From positions 1-28,402 of IMG/VR virus record IMGVR_UViG_3300024187_000021: 28,402 nt of DNA; one strand, written 5' to 3'. A program made the position numbers and the translations under genes. This document shows, piece by piece, positions 8,388 through 16,977 of this stretch. The notes below the pieces were generated by a model. That model worked only from the letters and a program-made list of their open reading frames with translations, was not told where the DNA came from and did not search any database. The number at the start of each line of letters is the position of its first letter. Position 1 is the first letter of the stretch. Source of the stretch: a virus (lineage: Duplodnaviria; Caudoviricetes).

Positions 8388-10519
8388 GCCAGCCTTAGAC
8401 GCCGCAGTTCACCGGGCAGCATGGGAATGAAGGCCCGGGCCAGTTCGCGCCCGTCCAGCATCAGGACCACCGGCACATCGCTCCCGCTGCCGGCGCCAGC
8501 GATCTGAGACAGACGATCCAAAGGGATCACCGCTTCCGGCACGTCGCCCACCACCGCCAGCCGGGGCTGGGTCAAAATGCCCCCAGATCCGAGTACCGGA
8601 ACGTCCCCGAAATCGTGTTCCCCTGGCAGTACGCCTCGAGCGCCGCCGGTCAACTGGTCGATCGCGCTGCTGGCCTGCTTAAACTGGGCGTCCGTCTTCG
8701 CGTCGAACACCGCCTGGATCAGCTGCCGCGCTTCCTCGCCGCCGTGACCAGCCGCGCCCAACTGGTCCCCGACGTCCTGGACGCCGCGGCCGCCGAACCA
8801 TTTATCCCGTTCCGGGTTCACCACGGTCCCTTCTTCACCGCCCCGGAAATGATTCACCAGCGCCATGACGCCCTGGACCGCCATCGCTGCCGCGGCCGCC
8901 CAGCCCGTGATCGACGACATCGCACTAGACAGCGTCTTCCCGAGCCCGCCAAACATGCCCTGAAATCCCTGGGTCATCCCGGGTCCCGATCCCAGCAGCG
9001 AATTGATCGCGCCCTTGATGAACTTATTCACGAACGATCCCAGTAGTTCGTTGATCAGGGAATGCCAGATGTTCTTCATCGTGTCGCTAAAACTCTGCGT
9101 CCCCATCAGCATTTGCGTGAGGTTCCCAGATACTTGATTGGCTAGGCCCTGCCATGCGATACCGTGGGATTTCACGCTGGCCGCCGCACGCTGCTGGGCG
9201 TTGTCGATGTCCACCCCTGCCGCCGTGATCTGATTTCCGAGCGATAGTTCATTCTGCCGAATGCTCTCCAGCGAAGCATTGATATCGTTTCCGGCCGCCA
9301 CGATCGAATCAGCCGTGTGCAGGAATGCCAGGTTGATCTGGAACCCGGCTTCCATGATCTGGGACGCCAGCTGCGCCGCCTGGTCCTTGTCGATCTGGGC
9401 CTGCATGGCCGCGAAGACGCGATCGGTTTCTTCCTGCAGGTCCAGTTCGGCCTGGGCCAGTTCCTCGATGGCCTTTTTGGATTTATCGGTGGCTTTCGCC
9501 TGTTCGTCGTAATTCAGGTTCAGGGACGCCATCGACTTGCTGTGCGTGTCCACCACCTTCGTAGACGCTGCCGTCGACGTCGTAAATTCATTGACGACAT
9601 CCTTAGCGTGCTGCACGTCCGCCGATAGCGTCTTCACGTTAAAGGACGTGTTCCCCAGCAGACGCCCGAGGCCGGGGATTTTTTCCGCCGCTTCCGCGAT
9701 CGTCAGGAAGAATTCCAGCATCCCGACCCGGAGTTCCAGCACGGCCTTGATGATGAAATCAAAGGCCCCCTGCGCGCCGCTGATTGCCTTCGGCAAGTTT
9801 TCCCCGAGCCATAGGGAGAGTTCCGTCAGGATCGGGACCAGTGGCGTCAGGACGCGCCCGATTAAGGATTGCCCCACCAGTTCCAGGGCATGCATCGAAT
9901 CCCCAAACTTATCGCCCGCCTGGACCGCGTCCTCGCTCATGACGATCCCGAGCTTGTCAGCCTCCGCGGCCGTTTCAGACAGGTGGTTCGTCAGGACCGG
10001 CAGCAGTTCCGCGCCGCTCTTGCCGAACAGATCCATCGCCAACTTCGATCGCGCCATCGGGTCCTCGATCTTCGCGATCGCGTCCCCGATTTTGGCGAAG
10101 GCCACGTCCGGCGCAGACGTCCGGATGTCCTGAAACGACAGGCCCAGTGCGTCCAGGGCCCCCTTCGCGCTCTTGTCCTCACCGGCCAGGTTCTTCCCCA
10201 GCTTGCTCACGGCCGCCGTGACCGCGTCCAGCGAACTGCCGTTCTGTTCCGCCGCATACTTCAGCCGCTGTAGCGCTTCCGCCCCGATCCCGGTTTTCAA
10301 TTCCAGGTCCGTCAGGCTGCTGGTCAGTTCGGTGTATTTCGCTATGGCGCCCGTGATCGCCGCGACAGAAAAGGCGGCCGTCAGGGATGACAGGATGGTG
10401 CTGCCGGCCTTCGAGACCTTCCCGGCCAGCTGTTCCGTGGCGTCCGCGCCGCGGTTCACCGCCGTGGTCAGGCCGGTGATGTCGCCAGCGATTTTATAAA
10501 TAACGCTGAGGTCTGACAT
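8384..10519 (-). CDS. Tail tape measure protein (711 aa)
   Basis: Ala-rich helical protein. TGIGAEALQRLKYAAEQNG and AMDLFGKSGAELLP motifs; C-terminal GGIL...VGDVPEAVIPL motif. Confidence 0.95.
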   Translation of the reverse strand: MSDLSVIYKIAGDITGLTTAVNRGADATEQLAGKVSKAGSTILSSLTAAFSVAAITGAIAKYTELTSSLTDLELKTGIGAEALQRLKYAAEQNGSSLDAVTAAVSKLGKNLAGEDKSAKGALDALGLSFQDIRTSAPDVAFAKIGDAIAKIEDPMARSKLAMDLFGKSGAELLPVLTNHLSETAAEADKLGIVMSEDAVQAGDKFGDSMHALELVGQSLIGRVLTPLVPILTELSLWLGENLPKAISGAQGAFDFIIKAVLELRVGMLEFFLTIAEAAEKIPGLGRLLGNTSFNVKTLSADVQHAKDVVNEFTTSTAASTKVVDTHSKSMASLNLNYDEQAKATDKSKKAIEELAQAELDLQEETDRVFAAMQAQIDKDQAAQLASQIMEAGFQINLAFLHTADSIVAAGNDINASLESIRQNELSLGNQITAAGVDIDNAQQRAAASVKSHGIAWQGLANQVSGNLTQMLMGTQSFSDTMKNIWHSLINELLGSFVNKFIKGAINSLLGSGPGMTQGFQGMFGGLGKTLSSAMSSITGWAAAAAMAVQGVMALVNHFRGGEEGTVVNPERDKWFGGRGVQDVGDQLGAAGHGGEEARQLIQAVFDAKTDAQFKQASSAIDQLTGGARGVLPGEHDFGDVPVLGSGGILTQPRLAVVGDVPEAVIPLDRLSQIAGAGSGSDVPVVLMLDGRELARAFIPMLPGELRRLRLA

Positions 10520-10520
10520 A

Positions 10521-10970
10521 TCAGTCCAGTCCCGTGTTCCCGAGGGTCGACGTCCTGGGCGCTTCGTGCCGTTCCATGCGCCCCTTCGCCCGAGTCAACG
10601 CCTCGATGACGCGCGCTTGATGGTCATTCCGCAGCCGCTCCGCTGCGCGCCGAAAAAACGAGACCGCCGCGTGCTTGATCGTGCCGAATTCCACGAACTT
10701 CCAATAGAACGCCTTCGCGTGATCGATCCGCACAACCGCCGCCAAGGTCCGGGGTCTAGACTTCCAATCGATCGCCCGCTTCAGCACCCCACGTTCGCGC
10801 CGCGGATCCGGTTCGGCCAGTTCGGGCGCGAGACTCGCCGCCGCCCGGGCCACCTGAAACGCCGTCGCGTCGAACGTGGGCTGGAGTTCTTCCTGCACCA
10901 GCGCCGGCAGGGACCGCAGCGCCTTGTTCGCTTCCCGCAGGCCGATCGCCTGGTCGATCGGGTCGCTCAT
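10521..10970 (-). CDS. HK97 gp10-like tail completion/neck protein
   Basis: Start reassigned to MSDPIDQ (ATG 10970, ATGA overlap). AFYWKFVEFGT...FFRRA signature. Confidence 0.85.
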   Translation of the reverse strand: MSDPIDQAIGLREANKALRSLPALVQEELQPTFDATAFQVARAAASLAPELAEPDPRRERGVLKRAIDWKSRPRTLAAVVRIDHAKAFYWKFVEFGTIKHAAVSFFRRAAERLRNDHQARVIEALTRAKGRMERHEAPRTSTLGNTGLD

Positions 10971-11149
10971 GGGCTGCCCGCGTCCGTGTTCGGCATCCCC
11001 AGAATCGCCAGGGCGCACACCTGGCAGGTCACCGAGGCCCCGATGTCATGTACGTGGTCGAATAAAACCAGATGGCCGCAGGGGGACAGCGTGGTCAGGA
11101 ACCGGCCGTCCTGATTCGTCACCGCCGTCACGGTCCTGGTGTTATCCAT
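10967..11149 (-). CDS. Small putative zinc-binding protein (CGH...CQVC), 60 aa, ending in AGSP
   Basis: Starts immediately after the chaperone stop (TAAATG) and its stop overlaps the next ATG. Confidence 0.7.
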   Translation of the reverse strand: MDNTRTVTAVTNQDGRFLTTLSPCGHLVLFDHVHDIGASVTCQVCALAILGMPNTDAGSP

Positions 11150-11829
11150 TTAGTTTTTTCGCCAGTCCCCGAGAATCAGCCGGCCGCCATAGAGCGCCCG
11201 CATGATCTTGACCGATCCCTGGATTTCCTCCACCGTGGCCGGGCGCCGCTCCACGGGGACCACGTCCACATCCGGCAGCAGGAGCGATCCCAACGCCGGC
11301 AGACCCTTGGTCCCATGCGCCAGGGCCACGCCGTACCATGCCCCGGTGATGCGCTGATTCGTGGCCCGACGAGATCGACCGTCTGCTGCCACGAATTCGC
11401 GCCCGAGCTCGAGCAGCGACAGGCCCCAGAACGCGTCCGGGCTCAGACCGAGGGCGCTTCTGGCGTCAATGTAGAGCCGTCGCCAGTCCCAGTGGTCTGA
11501 GCCTCCCGAGGGGGGACCGTACCCGCCTCTTTGTTCGCGTCCACCAAGTCCGTCAGTTTCTGGGCGATCCCTTCGATGCCACCGGACAGGTCGATCAAGT
11601 CCCCCACCGCCTCGAGGGTCAGCGTGGGATGATGCGCCTGCATCGCCGCCCAGAGAAACGCGCGCAAGTCGGAGAAGGATCCCCGACTGACGCCGGCCAC
11701 GATGACAGCGAATGGCCGCAGGGGCTGGAAACTACCTTCCATCAAGCACAGGGCGTTCGTCGTCAGCTTCAGCGTGTACGACGTGCCCCCGAGCTTCAGC
11801 CCGATTTCCCCGCGTTGCCGGTTCGCCAT
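11150..11829 (-). CDS. Tail assembly chaperone GT fusion made by programmed -1 frameshift at 11509-11515
   Basis: The -1 frame is open from C-CCC-CCT to TAA 11150 and encodes WDWRRLYIDARSALGLSPDAFWGLSLLEL, a gpT-like motif that lies upstream of any start in that frame. Confidence 0.8.
11440..11515 (-). promoter_or_regulatory. -1 ribosomal frameshift signal: slippery C CCC CCU, 5-nt spacer, stem-loop
   Basis: Perfect 10-bp stem GGCTCAGACC/GGTCTGAGCC (11494-11503 with 11440-11449) plus an inner CTGGCG/CGCCAG helix. Confidence 0.75.
11443..11829 (-). CDS. Tail assembly chaperone (gpG / GTA-gp10-like)
   Basis: MANRQRGEI...YTLKLTTNALC..E motif; between tail tube and tape measure genes. Confidence 0.88.
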   Translation of the reverse strand: MANRQRGEIGLKLGGTSYTLKLTTNALCLMEGSFQPLRPFAVIVAGVSRGSFSDLRAFLWAAMQAHHPTLTLEAVGDLIDLSGGIEGIAQKLTDLVDANKEAGTVPPREAQTTGTGDGSTLTPEAPSV

Positions 11830-12275
11830 TACGCGGGGGAACCCTGATCCGGCGCTTCCGAGACCGTGATTTCACCCTTGAACGTGATCGGCACGTTCGG
11901 GTTCAAATCATCGATCGAAAACCCGGACACGAACCCGGTGTACTCCCACGTCACGGCCGGGCTCCCCAGCGCATCAGGGGCCGCCACGCGGAACGTCGTC
12001 ACGTCCCGGCTGGCCTGCAGTTCCGCCATCCGCTGCTGGCCCGGATCGTCCGGCTGGTAGTTGCCCGCGAACGCGATCGCGCCGGTATCGCGCACGCCGG
12101 GAATCCGCTGCTTGTGGACGCCAGGGCTGTCCAGTTCCGTCGTGTCGATCGCCGCCGTGGTCGACGCGCCGGGCTTCACGGACGTGATCCGCTTCACTTC
12201 CACGAAGTCTTCCGGGCTGCCGCCGTCAGCCAGGACATACAGGCGGGATCCAAATGCGTGCGTTGCTGGGTCCAT
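11829..12275 (-). CDS. Major tail tube protein
   Basis: IDTTELDSPG...IPGVRDTG, NYQPDDPGQ and WEYTGFVSGF motifs of lambda-like tube proteins. Confidence 0.92.
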   Translation of the reverse strand: MDPATHAFGSRLYVLADGGSPEDFVEVKRITSVKPGASTTAAIDTTELDSPGVHKQRIPGVRDTGAIAFAGNYQPDDPGQQRMAELQASRDVTTFRVAAPDALGSPAVTWEYTGFVSGFSIDDLNPNVPITFKGEITVSEAPDQGSPA

Positions 12276-12291
12276 TGCTCTTGTCTCCTAA

Positions 12292-12738
12292 TTAGTTGAA
12301 TCGCCACCACACCCGATAGTCCTGCTGACACACCACGATGCGAAGTTCGTCCGGATCATAGTCGACGCGCCGACTTTCCCGAAATGCCGCACTGATAAAA
12401 ATGCCATCTTCTGGCGGACTCACCGCCGGGCTGCCGGCGGACACCGTATGCGCTTGCCCCGACAATGCCTCATCGATCGCCTTCCCCAGCGCCGTGGCCG
12501 CCGCATATGGATCGTCCCCGTCCGCTTCGTACGCCGCCGCGTCCACCTGCACCAGCGACTGAATCAGCCCGGTGGGCCCGCTCAAGTCGTAGGCCAAGGG
12601 TTCATCGATCAACTGCACGCGCCCCGCCGGATACTCCGGCACCTGGGGAAACTTCAACTGATAGACGCGCCCGCTGGCCAGCGCCTGCACGCCTTGATCC
12701 CCAGCCAGTACTTCCGCGATCGCCGCTTCGATCGTCAT
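12292..12738 (-). CDS. Tail terminator protein (DUF3168 / HK97 gp11-like)
   Basis: GRVYQLKFPQ...VQVDA...QDYRVW pattern; immediately before the tube gene. Confidence 0.82.
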   Translation of the reverse strand: MTIEAAIAEVLAGDQGVQALASGRVYQLKFPQVPEYPAGRVQLIDEPLAYDLSGPTGLIQSLVQVDAAAYEADGDDPYAAATALGKAIDEALSGQAHTVSAGSPAVSPPEDGIFISAAFRESRRVDYDPDELRIVVCQQDYRVWWRFN

Positions 12739-13103
12739 CAGCCCACCTTCGCCAAGGTATCCAGCGCGATGCCTTCACGCCGGCCGATGTGCTGGGCCGA
12801 TTGAATCCGATACACACGGCCTTCGTACACCAGCCTCCGCGCCTTCGGGACGTCGATCACGTCAGGGTCCATGTCCGCCCGGTACGGAATCTCCCACCGC
12901 GTGTCCGCGCTGGCCGAAAACTGATCCGCCATGAACCGTTCGCGCCCTGAAATATTCTCTTTCGACGCGAACACGTCATCCAGCGCGTCCCACGTTTCCA
13001 CCGGGAATCTGGACGACCCTGGTTCCATGCTCTGCAGCGCTTCCAGCCGGACCACGCGATCCCGCCGGCCGCTGGCCATCGGCCGTTCTGCCGCTTTTAC
13101 CAT
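12738..13103 (-). CDS. Head closure / head-tail adaptor (SPP1 gp16-like)
   Basis: GRRDRVVRLE, SGRERF.A, IPYRAD, RLVYEGRVYRI motifs. Confidence 0.92.
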   Translation of the reverse strand: MVKAAERPMASGRRDRVVRLEALQSMEPGSSRFPVETWDALDDVFASKENISGRERFMADQFSASADTRWEIPYRADMDPDVIDVPKARRLVYEGRVYRIQSAQHIGRREGIALDTLAKVG

Positions 13104-13852
13104 CCGGACGCCTCGCCCGCCGGGTCATAGCGCCACTGGCGCCCCGCAAATGGCTTGTCGTTCCGAATGCCCTTCGAATGCAGCGAACTCTGATCCCCGA
13201 CGTGCTGGACAAAGTACGGGTGAGTCATCACACCAGGCACGTTCGGCCAGCGCAGCAGGGCCCACGTCGCGATCAGCTTGTCGAATCCGATTGTCGGATC
13301 GGTCAGGGCCACGTACTTCCGGCCCCAGGGCGCCAGCCGCACCCAGTCCCGCAGGTGGGCCCGGCCCCAAGCGATACAGTCCAGCGCGTCGTCCGTCCGC
13401 AGCAGAAACACCTGAGATCCCCGCAGGCTGGCTAGGGGCCAATCGTAGGCGTCCACGGCCGATCCCCGTGGGGGCGTGGTGAACCCGAAGCACCGATAGA
13501 CGTGGCGATCCGGCCGCTGGTGCCGTTGCAGCCAGCGCGCGCAGCTGCCGGCGAAGTCCGCACAAAAGACCAGATCGTCTTCTAGCACCGCGATCCACGG
13601 CTGGCCGTCCGCACAGGCCGCCGCCATCGCCTCGAGGCCGTTTTCGTTCGCCCCGATCCGCTTCGCCGGCACGATCAGCCGGGGCGTGGACAGGCCCTCG
13701 AGCGCCCGCTCGAGCCAGTCCAACTTTGGCGCCGTCACCGCCAGATGCAGCCGCGTCAGGTCGAACCCCTGAGCCGCCAGCCCCGTCAACGTAGCCCGGA
13801 GATAATTCGGCTTCGGCGCCCGGTTCGCCGTCCGCATCGCCCACGCGATCAT
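13097..13852 (-). CDS. GT-A fold glycosyltransferase (GT25/GT2-like)
   Basis: Start reassigned to MIAWAMRT (ATGA overlap). IAVLEDDLVF metal-binding motif, FD, and PYFVQHVGDQS C-terminal motif. Confidence 0.8.
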   Translation of the reverse strand: MIAWAMRTANRAPKPNYLRATLTGLAAQGFDLTRLHLAVTAPKLDWLERALEGLSTPRLIVPAKRIGANENGLEAMAAACADGQPWIAVLEDDLVFCADFAGSCARWLQRHQRPDRHVYRCFGFTTPPRGSAVDAYDWPLASLRGSQVFLLRTDDALDCIAWGRAHLRDWVRLAPWGRKYVALTDPTIGFDKLIATWALLRWPNVPGVMTHPYFVQHVGDQSSLHSKGIRNDKPFAGRQWRYDPAGEASGW

Positions 13853-14574
13853 GCGCGCGCCTCCACTTCCCGCCACCGCTCGATCAGCCTGGGCAGCGTC
13901 TGCATCCGGCCCGCGCTGACCAGCCTGGCGTTCCCGATCAACGCCTCACGCAGCGCGCCCTTGATATGCACGATCCGGGTCAGGCTGGGATCGAACCGGC
14001 CCCATTCGCTGTCCTCACAGTTCCATTCCCGGCAGGGCAGCTGCACGATCGCCGCGGCCGACGCCACGGGACGCTTCAGCGTGGTGGCCAGCGCCGCCTG
14101 GTCGCACGCGCCAAACTGCCGCCGCGCCTGCTGCATCTTCGCCGTCGATGTCCGGATGACCTTGGTATCCTCGAGCCAGGCATGTAGGAACGCCCGCGTG
14201 GCCGGCGTGGCCCGCACAAACAGCACCCCGGCATTGTGCGGCAGTTTCGATCGCGCCGGGTCTCGCTTCGTGTATGCGACGTCGAACGGCCGGTCCCACA
14301 CATCGTCCAAGGGCCGCAGGATCAGACAGTCCGCATCGATCAGGAGTAGTGGCGTCCCATCTGGGGATTCATCGACCGCCTTCACCCACTCCGCCAGCTT
14401 CACACTGCTGTTCCGCACCCGGGCGTTCACTGTGACTTCCTTGACGTCGAAGAGCCGCCTCGCCACGATCTGCCGATCCCAGTGCGGGCAATGCTGGGCT
14501 GCCGAGGCCGCCAGGACCCGCGCCATCCGGGCATAGAGCGCGCCGTCGTAACAGGCGATCAGGCGGGGCGTCAC
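13849..14574 (-). CDS. Nucleotide-diphospho-sugar transferase (GT-A; GT8/GT34/GT77-like)
   Basis: LLIDADCLI (DxD), HNAGVLF, DQAAL, LPCREWN, IVHIKG motifs. Confidence 0.85.
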   Translation of the reverse strand: MTPRLIACYDGALYARMARVLAASAAQHCPHWDRQIVARRLFDVKEVTVNARVRNSSVKLAEWVKAVDESPDGTPLLLIDADCLILRPLDDVWDRPFDVAYTKRDPARSKLPHNAGVLFVRATPATRAFLHAWLEDTKVIRTSTAKMQQARRQFGACDQAALATTLKRPVASAAAIVQLPCREWNCEDSEWGRFDPSLTRIVHIKGALREALIGNARLVSAGRMQTLPRLIERWREVEARA

Positions 14575-15182
14575 TGGCGCCGCTCCAATACCAGCAGACC
14601 GCAGGCGTCGTCATAACTCGCCGCGATCTGCCAAGACCGATCCCGGATCATCAGCGCATCGACCGCAGGCCGGATGCCTAGCGCCTTCCGCCGAATCCGA
14701 TCGTCGTCATGTCGCACCAGTCTGTGATCTTGGTCCTTCGTCCCTTCGCCAATGGTGCCGCGCCAGATCGAATCATGGAACACTAGCCACCGCCCCACGC
14801 TGTCCGCATGGCGCCGGAGCTCCGCGTCACATTGGAGATACGTGTGCAGCGAATCCACGAACAGCAGGTCGCACGGCTGGACGGGCGCCTCGAGGCTGCT
14901 GCCGTGGTAGTACGTCCAGCGCGATCCCGCCAGCGCCTGCAGCCGCCGCGCTTCCGGGGTTTCCGTGATGTCGTAACTGATCACGTGCTGGGCGCCCAGG
15001 ATCAGAGCCGACGATGACGCGCCGCGCCGGACGCCGAATTCGATCGCCAAGGGCAACCCCTCCGCCAGCGCCCTGAGCCGCGGCAGGTGGGGGCCGGTAT
15101 GGCCATCGTTGATCCGTTGCGCGTACGCGTACCAGTCCTCGACGGACGCCAGCGTGGATGGATAGACGATCTTGGTCTTCAA
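14571..15182 (-). CDS. Class I SAM-dependent methyltransferase (Methyltransf_24-like, probably a sugar O-methyltransferase)
   Basis: Start reassigned to TTG 15182 (TTGA overlap). IEFGVRRGASS, SYDI, DLLFVDSLHTY, LVFHD motifs. Confidence 0.85.
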   Translation of the reverse strand: MKTKIVYPSTLASVEDWYAYAQRINDGHTGPHLPRLRALAEGLPLAIEFGVRRGASSSALILGAQHVISYDITETPEARRLQALAGSRWTYYHGSSLEAPVQPCDLLFVDSLHTYLQCDAELRRHADSVGRWLVFHDSIWRGTIGEGTKDQDHRLVRHDDDRIRRKALGIRPAVDALMIRDRSWQIAASYDDACGLLVLERRQ

Positions 15183-15814
15183 GACGCCACCGATTCCCGC
15201 GCCACGTCCAGCGCTTGATCGAGGGGCATCCGCGGGAAACATTTCAGCGCCGTCCGACCGGAACAGTTGATCACGTCGATCCCCTGATCCTTTAGGGGCT
15301 GGACGATCGTGTCGAACTTGCGAATGAAGATCCCGAAGGGGGACACGCGATGTCGGGGATGTTTCCCGTGGAAATGCGCTTCACCCTTCGGGCCCGTCTG
15401 CATGTCATAGCCCAGCAGGATGATCCGCTTCGCGCCGAAATGCACAGCCAAGTTCAGCGCCTGATAGCCACTGTTCCGGCCGGTCCGCAGCGTCGACGGG
15501 TCCAGCGCCAGGCCGTCTGTCCCGCCGTTCCGGAGAATCTTCACGCCCCACCCGGCCGCGCCGGCGGACACGCTGTACCGCAGGCCCGCGAACCCGATCG
15601 CGCCCTTGTGCCACTTCCACCATTCCAGATCCGCCGCATAGAGCGCCGTCGCCCAGGGCGCCAGCGTGTATGCCGTGTTCACCGCGATCGCCGCGTCGAC
15701 GCGCCCGCGGCAGAGCTCCACATCGTCCGCCGTCAGGCTGGGCCCGGATGCGAAGCACACCACCAGCCCGTTCGGGGCCAGGCGCGGGACGGTGGCAAAT
15801 CGTTCCTTGGTCAT
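15179..15814 (-). CDS. DUF115/Maf/MptE-like protein with a sialyltransferase-like (GT29/GT42-type) Rossmann fold
   Basis: ASGPSL, IAVN, NSGYQALNLAVHFGAKRIILLGYDM, HFHG.H, VINCS motifs. Confidence 0.75.
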   Translation of the reverse strand: MTKERFATVPRLAPNGLVVCFASGPSLTADDVELCRGRVDAAIAVNTAYTLAPWATALYAADLEWWKWHKGAIGFAGLRYSVSAGAAGWGVKILRNGGTDGLALDPSTLRTGRNSGYQALNLAVHFGAKRIILLGYDMQTGPKGEAHFHGKHPRHRVSPFGIFIRKFDTIVQPLKDQGIDVINCSGRTALKCFPRMPLDQALDVARESVAS

Positions 15815-16173
15815 CGTGCGATCGGATCCCGATACCGTTTCAGCAGCGCCACCACCGTGGGCGCCAAATAGCCCGCCTCACGCTTCGGGCCTTCCCCGTC
15901 ATCCCCGCGGAACCGGTAGAGTTCCGCCAGCTGGATCAAGATGGCCGCCGCCACAGGACCCGGGACGTTCTGCACAGTCCAGGCGGCCATTTCAGCCGTC
16001 CAGGCCGTATCGTCCGGCCGCTCGAGGTACTGAACGATCAGCGCCGTGGCCTGATCCAGCTTCTCCTGGACGTCCAGTTCACCGTTCGTCATCGGGGACG
16101 ACACGCCCACCGGCAGCCGCAGGTGCCGCTGCGCTTGGCTCAGATCGATCAGATCCGCTGGGCTGCCGCTCAC
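15811..16173 (-). CDS. Head-tail connector protein (HK97 gp6-like)
   Basis: LIDLSQAQRHLRL, VAAAILIQLAELYRFR, ALLKRYRDP motifs. GTG at 16173 overlaps the upstream TGA (alternative start 16176). Confidence 0.92.
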   Translation of the reverse strand: MSGSPADLIDLSQAQRHLRLPVGVSSPMTNGELDVQEKLDQATALIVQYLERPDDTAWTAEMAAWTVQNVPGPVAAAILIQLAELYRFRGDDGEGPKREAGYLAPTVVALLKRYRDPIAR

Positions 16174-16964
16174 CACTTCCTGCCTTTATCGTCCATCTGG
16201 GTCAGGTCCACGCCGTCCCGCCCGTTCACGCCCGGGATGCCCTGGTGGCCTTGTGGGCCGGCCTTGCCGTCCCGGCCGCGGCTGACGCACAAGGTCCAGG
16301 CCGTGGGGCCAGCGCCGGGGACGTCCGCCGTGTCCCGGTCCGCGTGCCACTGGGCGCCGCCCTTCGTCACCACGTCGCCCTGCTGGTATGTCCGGCCCGG
16401 TTCGTACACGCCCCGATACAATTGCACCGGGATCCGGAAGGTCTGTTCCTTCGTCCGGCTGCCGTTCGTGAACCGGAAGGTGAACGATCGCAAATCATCG
16501 CCCTGCACCACGGTCAGATCCTCGAGCCCGAGGCCGTCCGCCCCGTCGCGCCCGTCCTTCCCGTCCATGCCCTTCTCACCCGCCGGCCCTGGCAGCCCGT
16601 CCCGACCGTCCCGGCCAGGCGTCCCAGCAGGCCCCGCTGGCCCCTGGGGGCCGTCCATGCCGGTGGCACTAGGTCCCATCGGCCCATCCATACCGCGTTC
16701 ACCCTGAGCGCCTGGGGCGCCTGCTGGGCCACGCTCCCCGGCCGGCCCAGGCGGACCCGGCAGCCCGTCCAGTCCGCGCGCACCGGGGGCTCCGGCGGGG
16801 CCTTCTGGCCCCCGTTCCCCAGCCGGTCCAGGTTCCCCCTGGGCGCCGTCCCGCCCATCCCGGCCGGCCACGGGCGCCCGTTCCTCGAGCGCCTTGACGC
16901 GCGCCTGCAAGGGGTCATAGAGCCCCTTGATCGTGGCTAGGATGTTGTCGAACAGCTTATCCAT
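16170..16964 (-). CDS. Collagen-like head/neck-associated protein with a C-terminal CBM5/12-like module
   Basis: About 35 Gly-X-Y triplets; YRGVYEPGRTYQQGDVVTKGGAQW...WTLCVSRGRDGK domain; AGAAGGA Shine-Dalgarno. Confidence 0.85.
   Translation of the reverse strand: MDKLFDNILATIKGLYDPLQARVKALEERAPVAGRDGRDGAQGEPGPAGERGPEGPAGAPGARGLDGLPGPPGPAGERGPAGAPGAQGERGMDGPMGPSATGMDGPQGPAGPAGTPGRDGRDGLPGPAGEKGMDGKDGRDGADGLGLEDLTVVQGDDLRSFTFRFTNGSRTKEQTFRIPVQLYRGVYEPGRTYQQGDVVTKGGAQWHADRDTADVPGAGPTAWTLCVSRGRDGKAGPQGHQGIPGVNGRDGVDLTQMDDKGRKW
16536..16865 (-). repeat. Collagen Gly-X-Y repeat region (21 + 14 triplets, one GPSAT interruption)
   Basis: Counted directly from the translation, aa 34-143. Confidence 0.92.
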
Positions 16965-16977
16965 GAGTCCTTCTGTC

